Shown in pieces: positions 49,689-59,427 of a stretch of 64,000 bases of DNA. Numbering within the stretch: position 1 is the stretch's first letter; each line of letters opens with the position of its first letter. The notes under the pieces were generated by a model that saw nothing but the letters and a program-made list of their open reading frames with translations, was not told the origin of the DNA and made no database searches. The stretch covers positions 55,769 through 119,768 of the forward strand of contig JBFLWW010000001.1 of the NCBI GenBank assembly GCA_040757475.1, written 5' to 3'. The stretch comes from Nitrospirota bacterium (lineage in GTDB: Bacteria; Nitrospirota; Thermodesulfovibrionia; Thermodesulfovibrionales; SM23-35). Position numbers and translations under genes: made by a program.

Positions 49689-51065
49689 TTATTTAAATTT
49701 AGGAATATCCATTGGAGCCAGATCTATCTCAAGCTCCTTTTCTCTCTCTGTCAGGTACCTCTTGTTATTGAATGGGTAGCCGAATTCCTTCCACCATTTG
49801 ACCACAACCTGATATACCTCTCGCCTCATGATAACCGGTGGTGGGAAAACACCCTCTGCGAGCAAGCTCCTGATAAAGCTACCACTATACCTCTGTAATT
49901 CGTCCTTATGGGTACAGTTTTCGCTGTATGTAACCTCTCCGCAGTGTGGACAGTACCAGAACTCAGCCATGTTCTGTGGCCTCATATACAGTCCCTGAGG
50001 CACAGCATAAGGAGGTGCATCCAGACCAAAGCTTGGAATTCCCTTCTCCCAGAGGATCTGTGCTGCATACATATCATAATATGGTCCCAATGCTGCATGG
50101 TCTCTTCCAAACATGTGATATGAGATACCCATATTCTGCCGGATGATTCCATGTAAGAGTGACTCAATTGGGTTTCCATATCTCATATCCCATAGAGTAA
50201 GGGTTACCAGGTGTCTATTTGGACTGACATAACCTGCAAGGTTTACCATCTCATGAGCTTCAACTATTGCTTCATCCGGATAATCCCCTATCCTCTTAGC
50301 CCCGACTATGCAATTGACAACTATACCATCACATGGTTTTACGTCTCCGATAAAAGCAGCATTTCTCAGTAGGGCCTCATGCCCGGTATGGGGGACGTTT
50401 CTCGTCTGGTGGGCTATTACTGTTGTCCAGCCTCTCTTTTTGAATTCCTCCCTTGACTTGGCAGGTGGATACCAGAACCTATCAAAAGGTTTCCTTAGCT
50501 TGGGCTCATTGATTATCCTGTACTTTCCAGCTAAGATTATTGGGTTGAACGCACTGTATATGGTAAAACCTGGATGCTTAAAATCAAAGGGGACTTTTAC
50601 AACCTCTGGATTATGCTCAGGAGTTCCAAAGGTTCTGGTAGCTACCTCTCCTGGGCTAATCTCATAGACTTCCTCAATATCAAGAATTGCAAAAGGCTGT
50701 CCTTTAAGCCTCAAAAGGAGCGTGTCTCCTGAAGTTACACCAAGCTTTTTGTGATCCTCCTCGCTGATATCAAAAAGCATCGGGTAAGGGAAGACCCACC
50801 CGCTCAGCAGTCTTCTCTTCTCCAATAAACTCTCAAGTTCTGCTGAGGTCATCGAGCCTTCTACAGGGCTGAAGAAGCCGTAACATATAGACATGATCTC
50901 CCTGTAAACATTTCTTACAGGCATGTCCTTGTATAGGGTTGGTTTGATATCATAAACAGCGTCAGCCTTAGCAGCTATCTTTTTCCCGACCTCTGGGTCT
51001 GTGACAATCCTGTTAACCAGAGCTCCACCATGGGGCGGTGGAAGTGTTGTCATTTTTAGCTCCAT
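49689..51065 (-). CDS. sat: sulfate adenylyltransferase (ATP sulfurylase), dissimilatory type
   Basis: Motifs HQTRNVPHTGHEAL and C-terminal zinc-ribbon-like CPHCGEVTYSENCTH. Confidence 0.93.
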   Translation of the reverse strand: MELKMTTLPPPHGGALVNRIVTDPEVGKKIAAKADAVYDIKPTLYKDMPVRNVYREIMSICYGFFSPVEGSMTSAELESLLEKRRLLSGWVFPYPMLFDISEEDHKKLGVTSGDTLLLRLKGQPFAILDIEEVYEISPGEVATRTFGTPEHNPEVVKVPFDFKHPGFTIYSAFNPIILAGKYRIINEPKLRKPFDRFWYPPAKSREEFKKRGWTTVIAHQTRNVPHTGHEALLRNAAFIGDVKPCDGIVVNCIVGAKRIGDYPDEAIVEAHEMVNLAGYVSPNRHLVTLTLWDMRYGNPIESLLHGIIRQNMGISYHMFGRDHAALGPYYDMYAAQILWEKGIPSFGLDAPPYAVPQGLYMRPQNMAEFWYCPHCGEVTYSENCTHKDELQRYSGSFIRSLLAEGVFPPPVIMRREVYQVVVKWWKEFGYPFNNKRYLTEREKELEIDLAPMDIPKFK

Positions 51066-51093
51066 TATAACCTCCTTTCTTTAACTTTTATGA

Positions 51094-51738
51094 CTAACTT
51101 TCAAGAACTGCACAAACATTTTTGAATATTTCATCAATACTGCCTACACCCTCTACTGATTTCAATATCCTCCTTTCCTTGTAGTAATTTATAAGTGGTG
51201 CTGTCTGGGCATCGTAGACATCAAGCCTCCTTTTTATCGTCTCTTCTTTATCGTCATCCCTTTGAAATAGCTCACCACCACATTTATCGCATGTCCCTTC
51301 TTTCTTTGGCGGCGAAAAATATACGTTATACATCTGCTGGCAGTTCCTGCATGTCCTCCTTCCTGTTAGTCTCTTCATGAGGACATCTTTATCCACATCA
51401 ATGAGTAGGGCGGTATCAAGGGGAGCTCCCATTTCAGAGAGCACCCTGTCCAATGCTTCTGACTGAGCTGTATTCCTCGGAAAGCCATCAAGTATATAGC
51501 CCTTCTTACAGTCATCCTGAGCAATCCTTTCCTTAACAAGCCCGATTACAACGCTATCAGGCACAAGCTCACCTTTATCCATATAGGACTTTGCCTCTTT
51601 CCCGAGTGGCGTTCCCGCTGCGACTGCTGCTCTTAAAATATCCCCTGTAGAAATCTGTGGAATCCCGTATCTTTCGATCAGTTTTTTCGCCTGAGTTCCT
51701 TTACCCCCTCCTGGTGCTCCGAGAAGAACAAGTCTCAT
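51094..51738 (-). CDS. adk: adenylate kinase (zinc-lid type)
   Basis: MRLVLLGAPGGGKGTQ directly follows GGGGGAGGA-ATG at 51738. The lid is CRNC...CDKCGG. The track start 51795 lies in a 5'-UTR hairpin. Confidence 0.93.
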   Translation of the reverse strand: MRLVLLGAPGGGKGTQAKKLIERYGIPQISTGDILRAAVAAGTPLGKEAKSYMDKGELVPDSVVIGLVKERIAQDDCKKGYILDGFPRNTAQSEALDRVLSEMGAPLDTALLIDVDKDVLMKRLTGRRTCRNCQQMYNVYFSPPKKEGTCDKCGGELFQRDDDKEETIKRRLDVYDAQTAPLINYYKERRILKSVEGVGSIDEIFKNVCAVLES

Positions 51739-51855
51739 ATCCTCCCCCTCTAAAAGACATTCTCGTTTTAAAAATTTAAGATATATAGAAAGCACCTAAG
51801 GTAAAGATTAGGTGCTAAATGGCTAATGAGAATAACCTTGCGTAAAAAACAAAAC

Positions 51856-51885
51856 AGTATAATCACTATGTTATCTCAAGGTCAA
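51856..51885 (-). promoter_or_regulatory. candidate sigma70-type promoter for adk-sat
   Basis: The minus strand reads TTGACC-18 nt-TATACT about 110 nt upstream of the adk ATG. The hairpin GCACCTAA/TTAGGTGC (51792-51815) would lie in the 5' UTR. Confidence 0.4.
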
Positions 51886-51921
51886 ATTCATATTTCTGAT
51901 AAATAAATAAAATTTACTTAT

Positions 51922-51953
51922 TAGACTCCAATTAGACTCTAAAAATAGACTCC
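51922..51953. promoter_or_regulatory. three direct repeats TAGACTC(C/T) spaced 11 and 13 bp, upstream of the adk-sat promoter
   Basis: TAGACTCC 51922-51929, TAGACTCT 51933-51940 and TAGACTCC 51946-51953. Confidence 0.35.
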
Positions 51954-51977
51954 AAAAATTACAATTTATAAATAAAA

Positions 51978-52577
51978 TTATTTAAAAATTTTTGCTTCTC
52001 TGAGATATTCCCTAAGTTCCCTTAATGCCTTACCTCTATGACTAAAGGCATCTTTTTCCTCACCAGTCATCTCGGCAAATGTCCTGCTTTTTCCTTCTGG
52101 ATAAAATACTGGGTCATAGCCGAATCCATTAAAGCCCCTCGGCTCTCTACCTATCCTACCTTCCACATGTCCAAAAAATGTTTTTACGCTACTGTCTGGA
52201 AATGCTAATGCTATACAGCATACAAACCGAGCGCCTCTTTCCTCATCCACAATTGAGCGCATTTCATATAGCAGTCTTTCGATGTTGCCCCTGTCGCCCG
52301 CACCCTCACCAGCATACCTCGAAGATAATGTGCCAGGGGCCCTATTCATCGCATATACCTCAAGACCTGAATCATCAGCAAGTGCAGGTTTTCCTGTATA
52401 TTTTGCGACAGCCATCGCCTTCTTCACAGCATTCGCCTCAAATGTAGCCCCATCTTCCTCCACCTCAGGACACCCTGGAAAGTCATCGAGCGTCAGTACC
52501 GAGATTGATATATCCCCGATGATTCTCTCTATTTCTTCGATTTTCTTCTTATTTTTCGTTGCAAGAACAATTTCCAT
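51978..52577 (-). CDS. rdgB: RdgB/HAM1-family non-canonical purine NTP pyrophosphatase
   Basis: Motifs IVLATKNKKK..E, EEDGATFE.NA.KKA and FGYDP.F. Confidence 0.9.
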   Translation of the reverse strand: MEIVLATKNKKKIEEIERIIGDISISVLTLDDFPGCPEVEEDGATFEANAVKKAMAVAKYTGKPALADDSGLEVYAMNRAPGTLSSRYAGEGAGDRGNIERLLYEMRSIVDEERGARFVCCIALAFPDSSVKTFFGHVEGRIGREPRGFNGFGYDPVFYPEGKSRTFAEMTGEEKDAFSHRGKALRELREYLREAKIFK

Positions 52578-52578
52578 A

Positions 52579-52675
52579 CTTAGTTTATTGAGTTTATCGG
52601 GTTTGCTGGGTTTCTTAAATTATAACACAAGAAACAGTATAAACTCAAGAAACCCAGCAAACTGTGTAAACTGAG
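52579..52675. repeat. two-arm 7-9-nt periodic element, GAGTTT/GGGTTT class, in the divergent rdgB/RDD spacer
   Basis: The left arm is CTTAGTTTATTGAGTTTATCGGGTTTGCTGGGTTTCTT and the right arm is CAAGAAACAGTATAAACTCAAGAAACCCAGCAAACTGTGTAAACTGAG. AAGAAACCCAGCAAAC is the exact complement of part of the left arm. Confidence 0.85.
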
Positions 52676-52717
52676 CCACTGTTGAAAAATTTAGTAATCT
52701 TCTGTTAACATTTTAAA

Positions 52718-54153
<1,436 letters not shown>

Positions 54154-54155
54154 TA

Positions 54156-54941
54156 ATGCCCAGGAAGAGGCTTCTGCTTTTTCTCTTTATAATCACATCC
54201 CTCAGCTTGATGACTTATCAGAGTAACAGAGAACATCTCCTGCCCCTTAAATTCCTGAGTAACACACTTAACAGGTTTCATGCTATAGCGAATTCTGTAA
54301 AGGACTCGGTTACCTCTCCTTTTAAAAGGATGCTCATCAGGGAAGAGGAAAATATAAGATTAAAAGCAGAACTTAACAAATTATTCAAAGAACAGCAGAG
54401 GTACCAGGAGGCTCTGCTCGAAAATAAGAGACTCAGGGAGATCCTCTCGCTTAAGGAAAAAGGGCAAGGGTATGTTACTGCTGCACGTGTTATAGCAAGA
54501 GGTGCAGACCAGTGGTCAAATACATTTATCCTCGATAAGGGGCTCTCAGACGGGGTTGTAAAAGACATGACGGCTATTACACACAGAGGGCTGGTAGGGA
54601 AGATCTCATGGGTATCTGATTCTTACTCAACCCTGCTTCTCCTCACTGACATAAACTTCTCTGCAGCGGTAAGGCTTCAGGAAAGCAGAAAAGAGGGTAT
54701 AATCTCAGGTACAGGCTTCAGGAAATGCCAACTGAAATACATCCCCTCTGAAGAAGAGGTAAAGACAGGCGATATTGTAGTAACATCAGGACTTGATTCA
54801 CTATTCCCTCGGGGCATCCCTGTAGGCTATGTGTCAAAGGTGGACAAAAAGGGCACAGGGCTTTTCCAGGACATCGAAGTGCTTCCATTTGAGGATAATA
54901 CAAAGATTGAGGAGGTAGCAATAATAAAAAATCAAAGATAA
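54156..54941 (+). CDS. mreC: rod shape-determining protein MreC
   Basis: N-terminal TM helix, the coiled coil ENIRLKAELNKL, and GLVGKI plus IVVTSGLDSLFPRGIPVG. Confidence 0.88.
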   Translation: MPRKRLLLFLFIITSLSLMTYQSNREHLLPLKFLSNTLNRFHAIANSVKDSVTSPFKRMLIREEENIRLKAELNKLFKEQQRYQEALLENKRLREILSLKEKGQGYVTAARVIARGADQWSNTFILDKGLSDGVVKDMTAITHRGLVGKISWVSDSYSTLLLLTDINFSAAVRLQESRKEGIISGTGFRKCQLKYIPSEEEVKTGDIVVTSGLDSLFPRGIPVGYVSKVDKKGTGLFQDIEVLPFEDNTKIEEVAIIKNQR

Positions 54942-55033
54942 AAATTTAAATGCAAAATTGAGGAAATTTATTTTTGAAATTTTGAATTGTAATTTTGTAT
55001 TTTGCTTTTTGAATTTTGATTTTAGTGATTTTA
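54925..55033. repeat. two-arm heptamer element, CAAAA/TTTTG class (mreC-mreD junction)
   Basis: The left arm is AAAAAATCAAAGATAAAAATTTAAATGCAAAATTG and the right arm is ATTTATTTTTGAAATTTTGAATTGTAATTTTGTATTTTGCTTTTTGAATTTTGATTTTAGTGATTTT. Confidence 0.8.
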
Positions 55034-55041
55034 GAGGCATC

Positions 55042-55497
55042 ATGATAGCATACATACGATGGACATCCATAATTCTTTTAACCTTCCTCATACAGGGAAA
55101 GGTATCATTGTTCGATATCCCACCGAACTTCACATCTGTTTTAGCATACTATGCAGGCATAAGGAATGGAGAGACCAAAGGGATGTTTTTGGGCTCACTG
55201 ATTGGAATAATTGAAGATAGCCTCTCAGCTACATTCCTTGGCCCCAGTCTTCTGAGTAAGGGCCTCGTGGGTTATTTTTCTTCCTTCATGTCTGGTAGTT
55301 TCTTCAGATGGACCCCTCTTTTAGGCATCATTGGAATATCAATCCTAACATTAGTAGACAGCATCGTTGTTTTAATCTCAAGGGGTATCTTTGATAGAAT
55401 GCCAGTGAGTATCGGGGCAGCAGTTTTTATAGTCACAATACAGTCAATGATAAACGCCCCTTTAGGGATATTTCTGAGGCCGAAGAATGTACAATAA
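55042..55497 (+). CDS. mreD: rod shape-determining protein MreD
   Basis: A polytopic 151-aa protein in the canonical mreBCD position. I place the start at ATG 55042, because the track start 54958 translates the repeat element. Confidence 0.75.
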   Translation: MIAYIRWTSIILLTFLIQGKVSLFDIPPNFTSVLAYYAGIRNGETKGMFLGSLIGIIEDSLSATFLGPSLLSKGLVGYFSSFMSGSFFRWTPLLGIIGISILTLVDSIVVLISRGIFDRMPVSIGAAVFIVTIQSMINAPLGIFLRPKNVQ

Positions 55498-55572
55498 GCA
55501 GGGTTACTAAGGAGTTCATAGGTAAAACCACATAAGTATCGCTGTAGTATTAGTATTAAAGGTTGGATAAAA

Positions 55573-57426
55573 TTGAAAAGTGAATCTGAAAAGATATTGA
55601 TAATAAGCTACATAGTGATTGCGGTCTTTCTGCTGCTCATAATGAGGTTGTGGCAGCTTCAGATACTGCAGGGCAGCAAATACAGAAATATGTCTGAAGC
55701 TAACAGGCTAAGGATAATGACGATACCGGCACCCCGGGGAATAATATTTGACAGAAACGGTACCCCGCTTGTAAAAAACTCCTCTTATTACTGTGCCTCG
55801 ATAATCCCTGATGAATTTGATAGGGTTAAGGTCGAAATGCTTGCAAAAGTCCTTAACATGCCGGTTAAGGGGATATTCGAAAAAATAAACAAGAAGGAAC
55901 TAAGTCCTTTTATACCTATAAGACTAAAACAAGGGCTGTCTTTCAATGAGGTCGTATATATTGAATCGAGGCGATCAGACTTCCGGGGTCTTATCATCGA
56001 GACTGAGGTAAGCAGGGAATATATTTATGGTGATGTTGGTTCACACCTCATAGGTTATCTTGGAAAACTTAATCCCTCCCAATCAAAAGACCCTGCATTC
56101 AGGGATGTACCACCAGAGGCATTCATAGGGCAGTGGGGTGTTGAGATGCTATTCGATAAATCACTAAGGGGTATACCAGGCAAGAGGGTTATTGAGGTTG
56201 ATGCACTCGGCAGGGAGATAAAACTGTTACAGGAAAAATCTCCAATAAAAGGAGAAGACCTCATGCTGAGCATAGACATTAATCTCCAGAAAGAGGCTGA
56301 GAAAGCGTTTGGAGAAAGGGCAGGTGCACTTGTTGCAATTAAGCCCAACACCGGCGAGATACTGGGATTGATAAGCAGGCCTTCTTTTGACCCCGACCTC
56401 TTCGCAAGAGGTATAAGTCATGATGAATGGATAGCCCTTACCCAGGATAAAAAGAAGCCCATGCTTAACAGGGCACTACAGAGTCAGTATCCTCCTGGCT
56501 CAACATTCAAGATTGTTACTGCAATAGCAGGACTTGAGGAAGGAGTTATTACCCCTGAGACAAAGGTAGAGTGCAGGGGTGGAATTAACTATGGCAGGTG
56601 GCGTTTTGGCTGCTGGCGTAAAAAGGGGCACGGCGTAGTTTCCCTGCATAGGGCGCTGGTAGAATCATGTGATGTATATTTCTACGAGGTGGGTAAACGT
56701 CTCGGCATAGATAAAATTTATAATTATGCCACAAGTCTTGGCCTCGGAAAAGAAACAGGCATTGAACTTGGAAAAGAAAAGCAGGGATTGATGCCAAACA
56801 CAAAATGGAAGCAGGAAAACAAAAGACTTCCATGGTTCTTAGGTGAAACCTTTAATACAGCAATAGGACAGGGATATGTTTCTGCAACACCTATACAGAT
56901 GGCAGTTATGACAGGTGCAATAGCAAATGGTGGGAATCTATACAGGCCAACACTGATTAAGGACCTCCGACCAGTACTTTCAGGAAAGGCGAAGATAAGA
57001 CCCGAGACTCTTGATATCATTAAAAGCGCACTTTCCGGTGTTGTGAATGAGCCCGGTGGGACTGGATGGGCTGCAAAATCACCATTAATAAGCATCGGAG
57101 GTAAGACAGGGACCGCACAGGTTGTGAGGATGAAGATGGGCTTTAAGTATTCCCCAGAGAGATTCAGGGACCATGCATGGTTTGTTGCATTTGCCCCGGT
57201 AGAAAAACCAGAGGTAGCACTTGCAGTATTTGTCGAACATGGCGGACATGGCGGAGGGGCTGCAGCACCAATTGCAAAGAGGGCGATAGAAGGATATATG
57301 AACAGTTCAAAGTTCAAAGTTCAAAGTTTGACTCTGAATCAAGTTCAGGCCAAAATTCAAAATTCAAAACTCAAAACTCGAAACTCGAAATTCAAAAATG
57401 ATACACATAGATCGCAGATTAATTAA
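55573..57426 (+). CDS. mrdA: penicillin-binding protein 2 (elongasome transpeptidase)
   Basis: TTG start and TM helix. The PBP dimer domain is followed by STFK, SCD.. and KTGTAQ. The C-terminal ~40 aa are translated from a heptamer array. Confidence 0.92.
   Translation: MKSESEKILIISYIVIAVFLLLIMRLWQLQILQGSKYRNMSEANRLRIMTIPAPRGIIFDRNGTPLVKNSSYYCASIIPDEFDRVKVEMLAKVLNMPVKGIFEKINKKELSPFIPIRLKQGLSFNEVVYIESRRSDFRGLIIETEVSREYIYGDVGSHLIGYLGKLNPSQSKDPAFRDVPPEAFIGQWGVEMLFDKSLRGIPGKRVIEVDALGREIKLLQEKSPIKGEDLMLSIDINLQKEAEKAFGERAGALVAIKPNTGEILGLISRPSFDPDLFARGISHDEWIALTQDKKKPMLNRALQSQYPPGSTFKIVTAIAGLEEGVITPETKVECRGGINYGRWRFGCWRKKGHGVVSLHRALVESCDVYFYEVGKRLGIDKIYNYATSLGLGKETGIELGKEKQGLMPNTKWKQENKRLPWFLGETFNTAIGQGYVSATPIQMAVMTGAIANGGNLYRPTLIKDLRPVLSGKAKIRPETLDIIKSALSGVVNEPGGTGWAAKSPLISIGGKTGTAQVVRMKMGFKYSPERFRDHAWFVAFAPVEKPEVALAVFVEHGGHGGGAAAPIAKRAIEGYMNSSKFKVQSLTLNQVQAKIQNSKLKTRNSKFKNDTHRSQIN
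57305..57397. repeat. heptamer arrays (GTTCAAA x3; AAATTCA AAATTCA AAACTCA AAACTCG AAACTCG AAATTCA) at the mrdA/rodA junction
   Basis: Read directly. The arrays lie inside the 3' end of the mrdA ORF and end at the rodA ATG (57398). Confidence 0.85.
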
Positions 57427-58519
57427 AAATTTTGACTGGGTAACACTCTCTATCGTCATAATCATAGCATTTATCGGAATTATGACCATATACAGTGCTA
57501 CACGCCCCCTTGCCGCAGAAGAGCATTCAGGGTTCTATATAAAACAGGCATTATGGTTTGTACTCGGAATCATCGCATTATTCTTGATTGTTAGTTTTGA
57601 CTATGTATGGTTGAGCAGATTTTCACTTTACTTCTATATCGCAGGCATTATTTTTTTAATAACCGTGTTTATCTTCGGGAAGCCAGGTATGGGGGCCCAG
57701 AGATGGCTGAGCATCGGGCCTCTTTCCTTCCAGCCATCAGAGTTTTTTAAATTCACATTCATAATAATGCTCTCACAGCAATTGAGTAAAATGAATAGCC
57801 CTGTCAGCATAACATCACTTTTTCGGATATTCTTTTTAATTGTATTTCTTCCATTTCTACTTCTTATTAAACAGCCTGACCTCGGAACAGCATTAATAAT
57901 CCTGACAATCTTTGTCTCTTTAATACTTGCAAAAGGGCTCTACAAAAGGGTTGCAATACTGCTGGTAATTATAGGCTTGATATCTCTGCCTTTCCTCGGC
58001 AATATACTCTGGGAAGGACTCAGAGACTATCAGAAAAACAGGCTGGTTGCCTTTATAGAACCGGAGGTAGACCCGACAGGGGTAGGCTATCACATAAATC
58101 AGTCTAAGATTACCGTGGGCTCAGGTGAGTTCCTCGGAAAGGGTTACCTGAAAGGCACACAGGGGCCATTCAGGTTTCTCCCGGAGAAACATACAGACTT
58201 TATCTTTGCAGTCTTTGCTGAGGAGTGGGGATTCTTCGGAAGTCTCCTGCTTTTATCTCTCTATCTCATCTTAATATTGCGGGGGCTTGATACAGCGAGG
58301 AAGGCAAAGGATGACTTCGGGAGGCTACTTGCACTCGGAATAACATTCATGTTTTCAATCTATTTATTTGTTAATGTCGGGATGACACTCGGCATGATGC
58401 CAGTCGTTGGGATACCTCTACCATTCATGAGCTATGGAGGAACTGCACTCCTGTCAAATCTCCTATCAATAGGGGCACTTATCAATATCAGGACTCGACG
58501 CTTTTACCTCTTTTACTGA
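57398..58519 (+). CDS. rodA: rod shape-determining protein RodA (SEDS glycosyltransferase)
   Basis: 373 aa and about 10 TM helices. Motifs QPSEFFK, LQPDLGTA and PLPFMSYGG. Confidence 0.93.
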   Translation: MIHIDRRLIKNFDWVTLSIVIIIAFIGIMTIYSATRPLAAEEHSGFYIKQALWFVLGIIALFLIVSFDYVWLSRFSLYFYIAGIIFLITVFIFGKPGMGAQRWLSIGPLSFQPSEFFKFTFIIMLSQQLSKMNSPVSITSLFRIFFLIVFLPFLLLIKQPDLGTALIILTIFVSLILAKGLYKRVAILLVIIGLISLPFLGNILWEGLRDYQKNRLVAFIEPEVDPTGVGYHINQSKITVGSGEFLGKGYLKGTQGPFRFLPEKHTDFIFAVFAEEWGFFGSLLLLSLYLILILRGLDTARKAKDDFGRLLALGITFMFSIYLFVNVGMTLGMMPVVGIPLPFMSYGGTALLSNLLSIGALINIRTRRFYLFY

Positions 58520-58553
58520 GCAGGCTTTTTTGTTATAATTTTAAAACCTTTAA

Positions 58554-58581
58554 CTATTCGCTCTTCACTAATCACTGTTTT
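58554..58581. repeat. heptamer array (single arm): CTATTCG CTCTTCA CTAATCA CTGTTTT
   Basis: Read directly between rodA and tRNA-Met. Confidence 0.6.
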
Positions 58582-58586
58582 TAGAT

Positions 58587-58663
58587 GGCGGTGTAGCTCA
58601 GTCGGTCAGAGCATGCGGCTCATATCCGCAGTGTCCGGGGTTCAAATCCCTGCACCGCCACCA
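58587..58663 (+). tRNA. tRNA with CAT anticodon (elongator Met, or Ile2 if lysidinylated)
   Basis: Acceptor GGCGGTG/CACCGCC, anticodon arm TGCGG-CTCATAT-CCGCA, T-arm CGGGG-TTCAAAT-CCCTG, encoded CCA. Positions 1:72 are paired and there is no GGG/CCC in the anticodon stem, so it is not an initiator. Confidence 0.88.
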
Positions 58664-58695
58664 GAACATCTATAATCTCTAACCTTGCAAAAACC

Positions 58696-58725
58696 TTGAC
58701 TTTGTTTTTAGTGAGAGTTTATAAT
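58696..58725 (+). promoter_or_regulatory. sigma70-type promoter for rpmH-rnpA-yidD-yidC
   Basis: TTGACT (58696-58701), an 18-nt spacer, then TATAAT (58720-58725), 20 nt before the rpmH ATG region. Confidence 0.55.
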
Positions 58726-58744
58726 TTTTACTTGGAGAAAGGCA

Positions 58745-58885
58745 ATGGGGACATATACTACATTCCATCCGCATAAAATCAAAAGAAAGAGGACTCATGG
58801 CTTTCTTGAGAGGATGAGTTCTGCAGGCGGGCGTAAGGTACTTAAGAGGAGAAGGGACAAGGGACGGAAAAGGTTGGCCGTTTAG
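58745..58885 (+). CDS. rpmH: 50S ribosomal protein L34
   Basis: A 46-aa ORF that is absent from the track because it is under 60 aa: [46 protein letters not shown]. Confidence 0.9.
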   Translation: MGTYTTFHPHKIKRKRTHGFLERMSSAGGRKVLKRRRDKGRKRLAV

Positions 58886-58932
58886 AACGCAGAAAATCCC
58901 TGCAGCCCTTAACGAAGAGATATGACTTTGAT

Positions 58933-59253
58933 ATGACCTTTAAACATGGATTTGTCTTCTCTTCAAAATATCTAATCATGTATGCGAGGCCGAATGAACT
59001 CGGTTTCAACCGCCTTGGCCTTTCTGTCAGCAAAAAGGTCGGTACTGCAGTTGTAAGAAATAGGTTGAAACGCCTCTTGAGAGAGGCGATGAGAAGGCTT
59101 TTACATGAGTTTCCTTTGAATTGCGATTTTATCCTGATCACCAGAAAGTCCTCTGTAGAGGCAGGGCTGGAAGATTTTATCAGACATATTAAGAGATTTC
59201 TGTCGAGGATTATTTATGAAAAGAATACTGATATTATTAATAAAGCTGTATAA
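58933..59253 (+). CDS. rnpA: ribonuclease P protein component
   Basis: ..[12 protein letters not shown]......[19 protein letters not shown]. The frame stays open upstream (..[12 protein letters not shown]) and this stretch resembles the conserved RnpA N-terminus, so the true start may be a non-ATG codon near 58900. Confidence 0.85.
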   Translation: MTFKHGFVFSSKYLIMYARPNELGFNRLGLSVSKKVGTAVVRNRLKRLLREAMRRLLHEFPLNCDFILITRKSSVEAGLEDFIRHIKRFLSRIIYEKNTDIINKAV

Positions 59254-59425
59254 ATACATTGTATCACCTTTGTTTCCTGTGAGTTGCAGGTTTACTCCTA
59301 CCTGCTCTACATACTCAATGGAGGCTATAGATAAACATGGCGTTCTCAGAGGGCTCTATCTATCAATAAGGAGGATACTGAGGTGTCATCCCTTTCATCC
59401 TGGCGGGTATGACCCTGTGAAATAG
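59216..59425 (+). CDS. yidD: membrane protein insertion efficiency factor YidD
   Basis: YK..ISP......CRF.PTCS.Y..EAI..HG...G..L...RI.RCHPF..GG.DPV. Confidence 0.9.
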   Translation: MKRILILLIKLYKYIVSPLFPVSCRFTPTCSTYSMEAIDKHGVLRGLYLSIRRILRCHPFHPGGYDPVK

Positions 59426-59427
59426 AA

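Noticed and set aside
52578-52717. Replication origin near the strand-bias switch. About 29 kb of mostly minus-strand genes lie to the left and 10 kb of plus-strand genes to the right, with rpmH-rnpA-yidC-mnmE close by.
   Set aside because: There is no dnaA or dnaN in the window and no cluster of DnaA boxes. The only TTATCCACA I saw is a lone copy at 46846-46854 inside aprA. The spacer is filled by a repeat element instead. Cumulative GC skew over the whole replicon would be needed, so the idea is not supported from this window.
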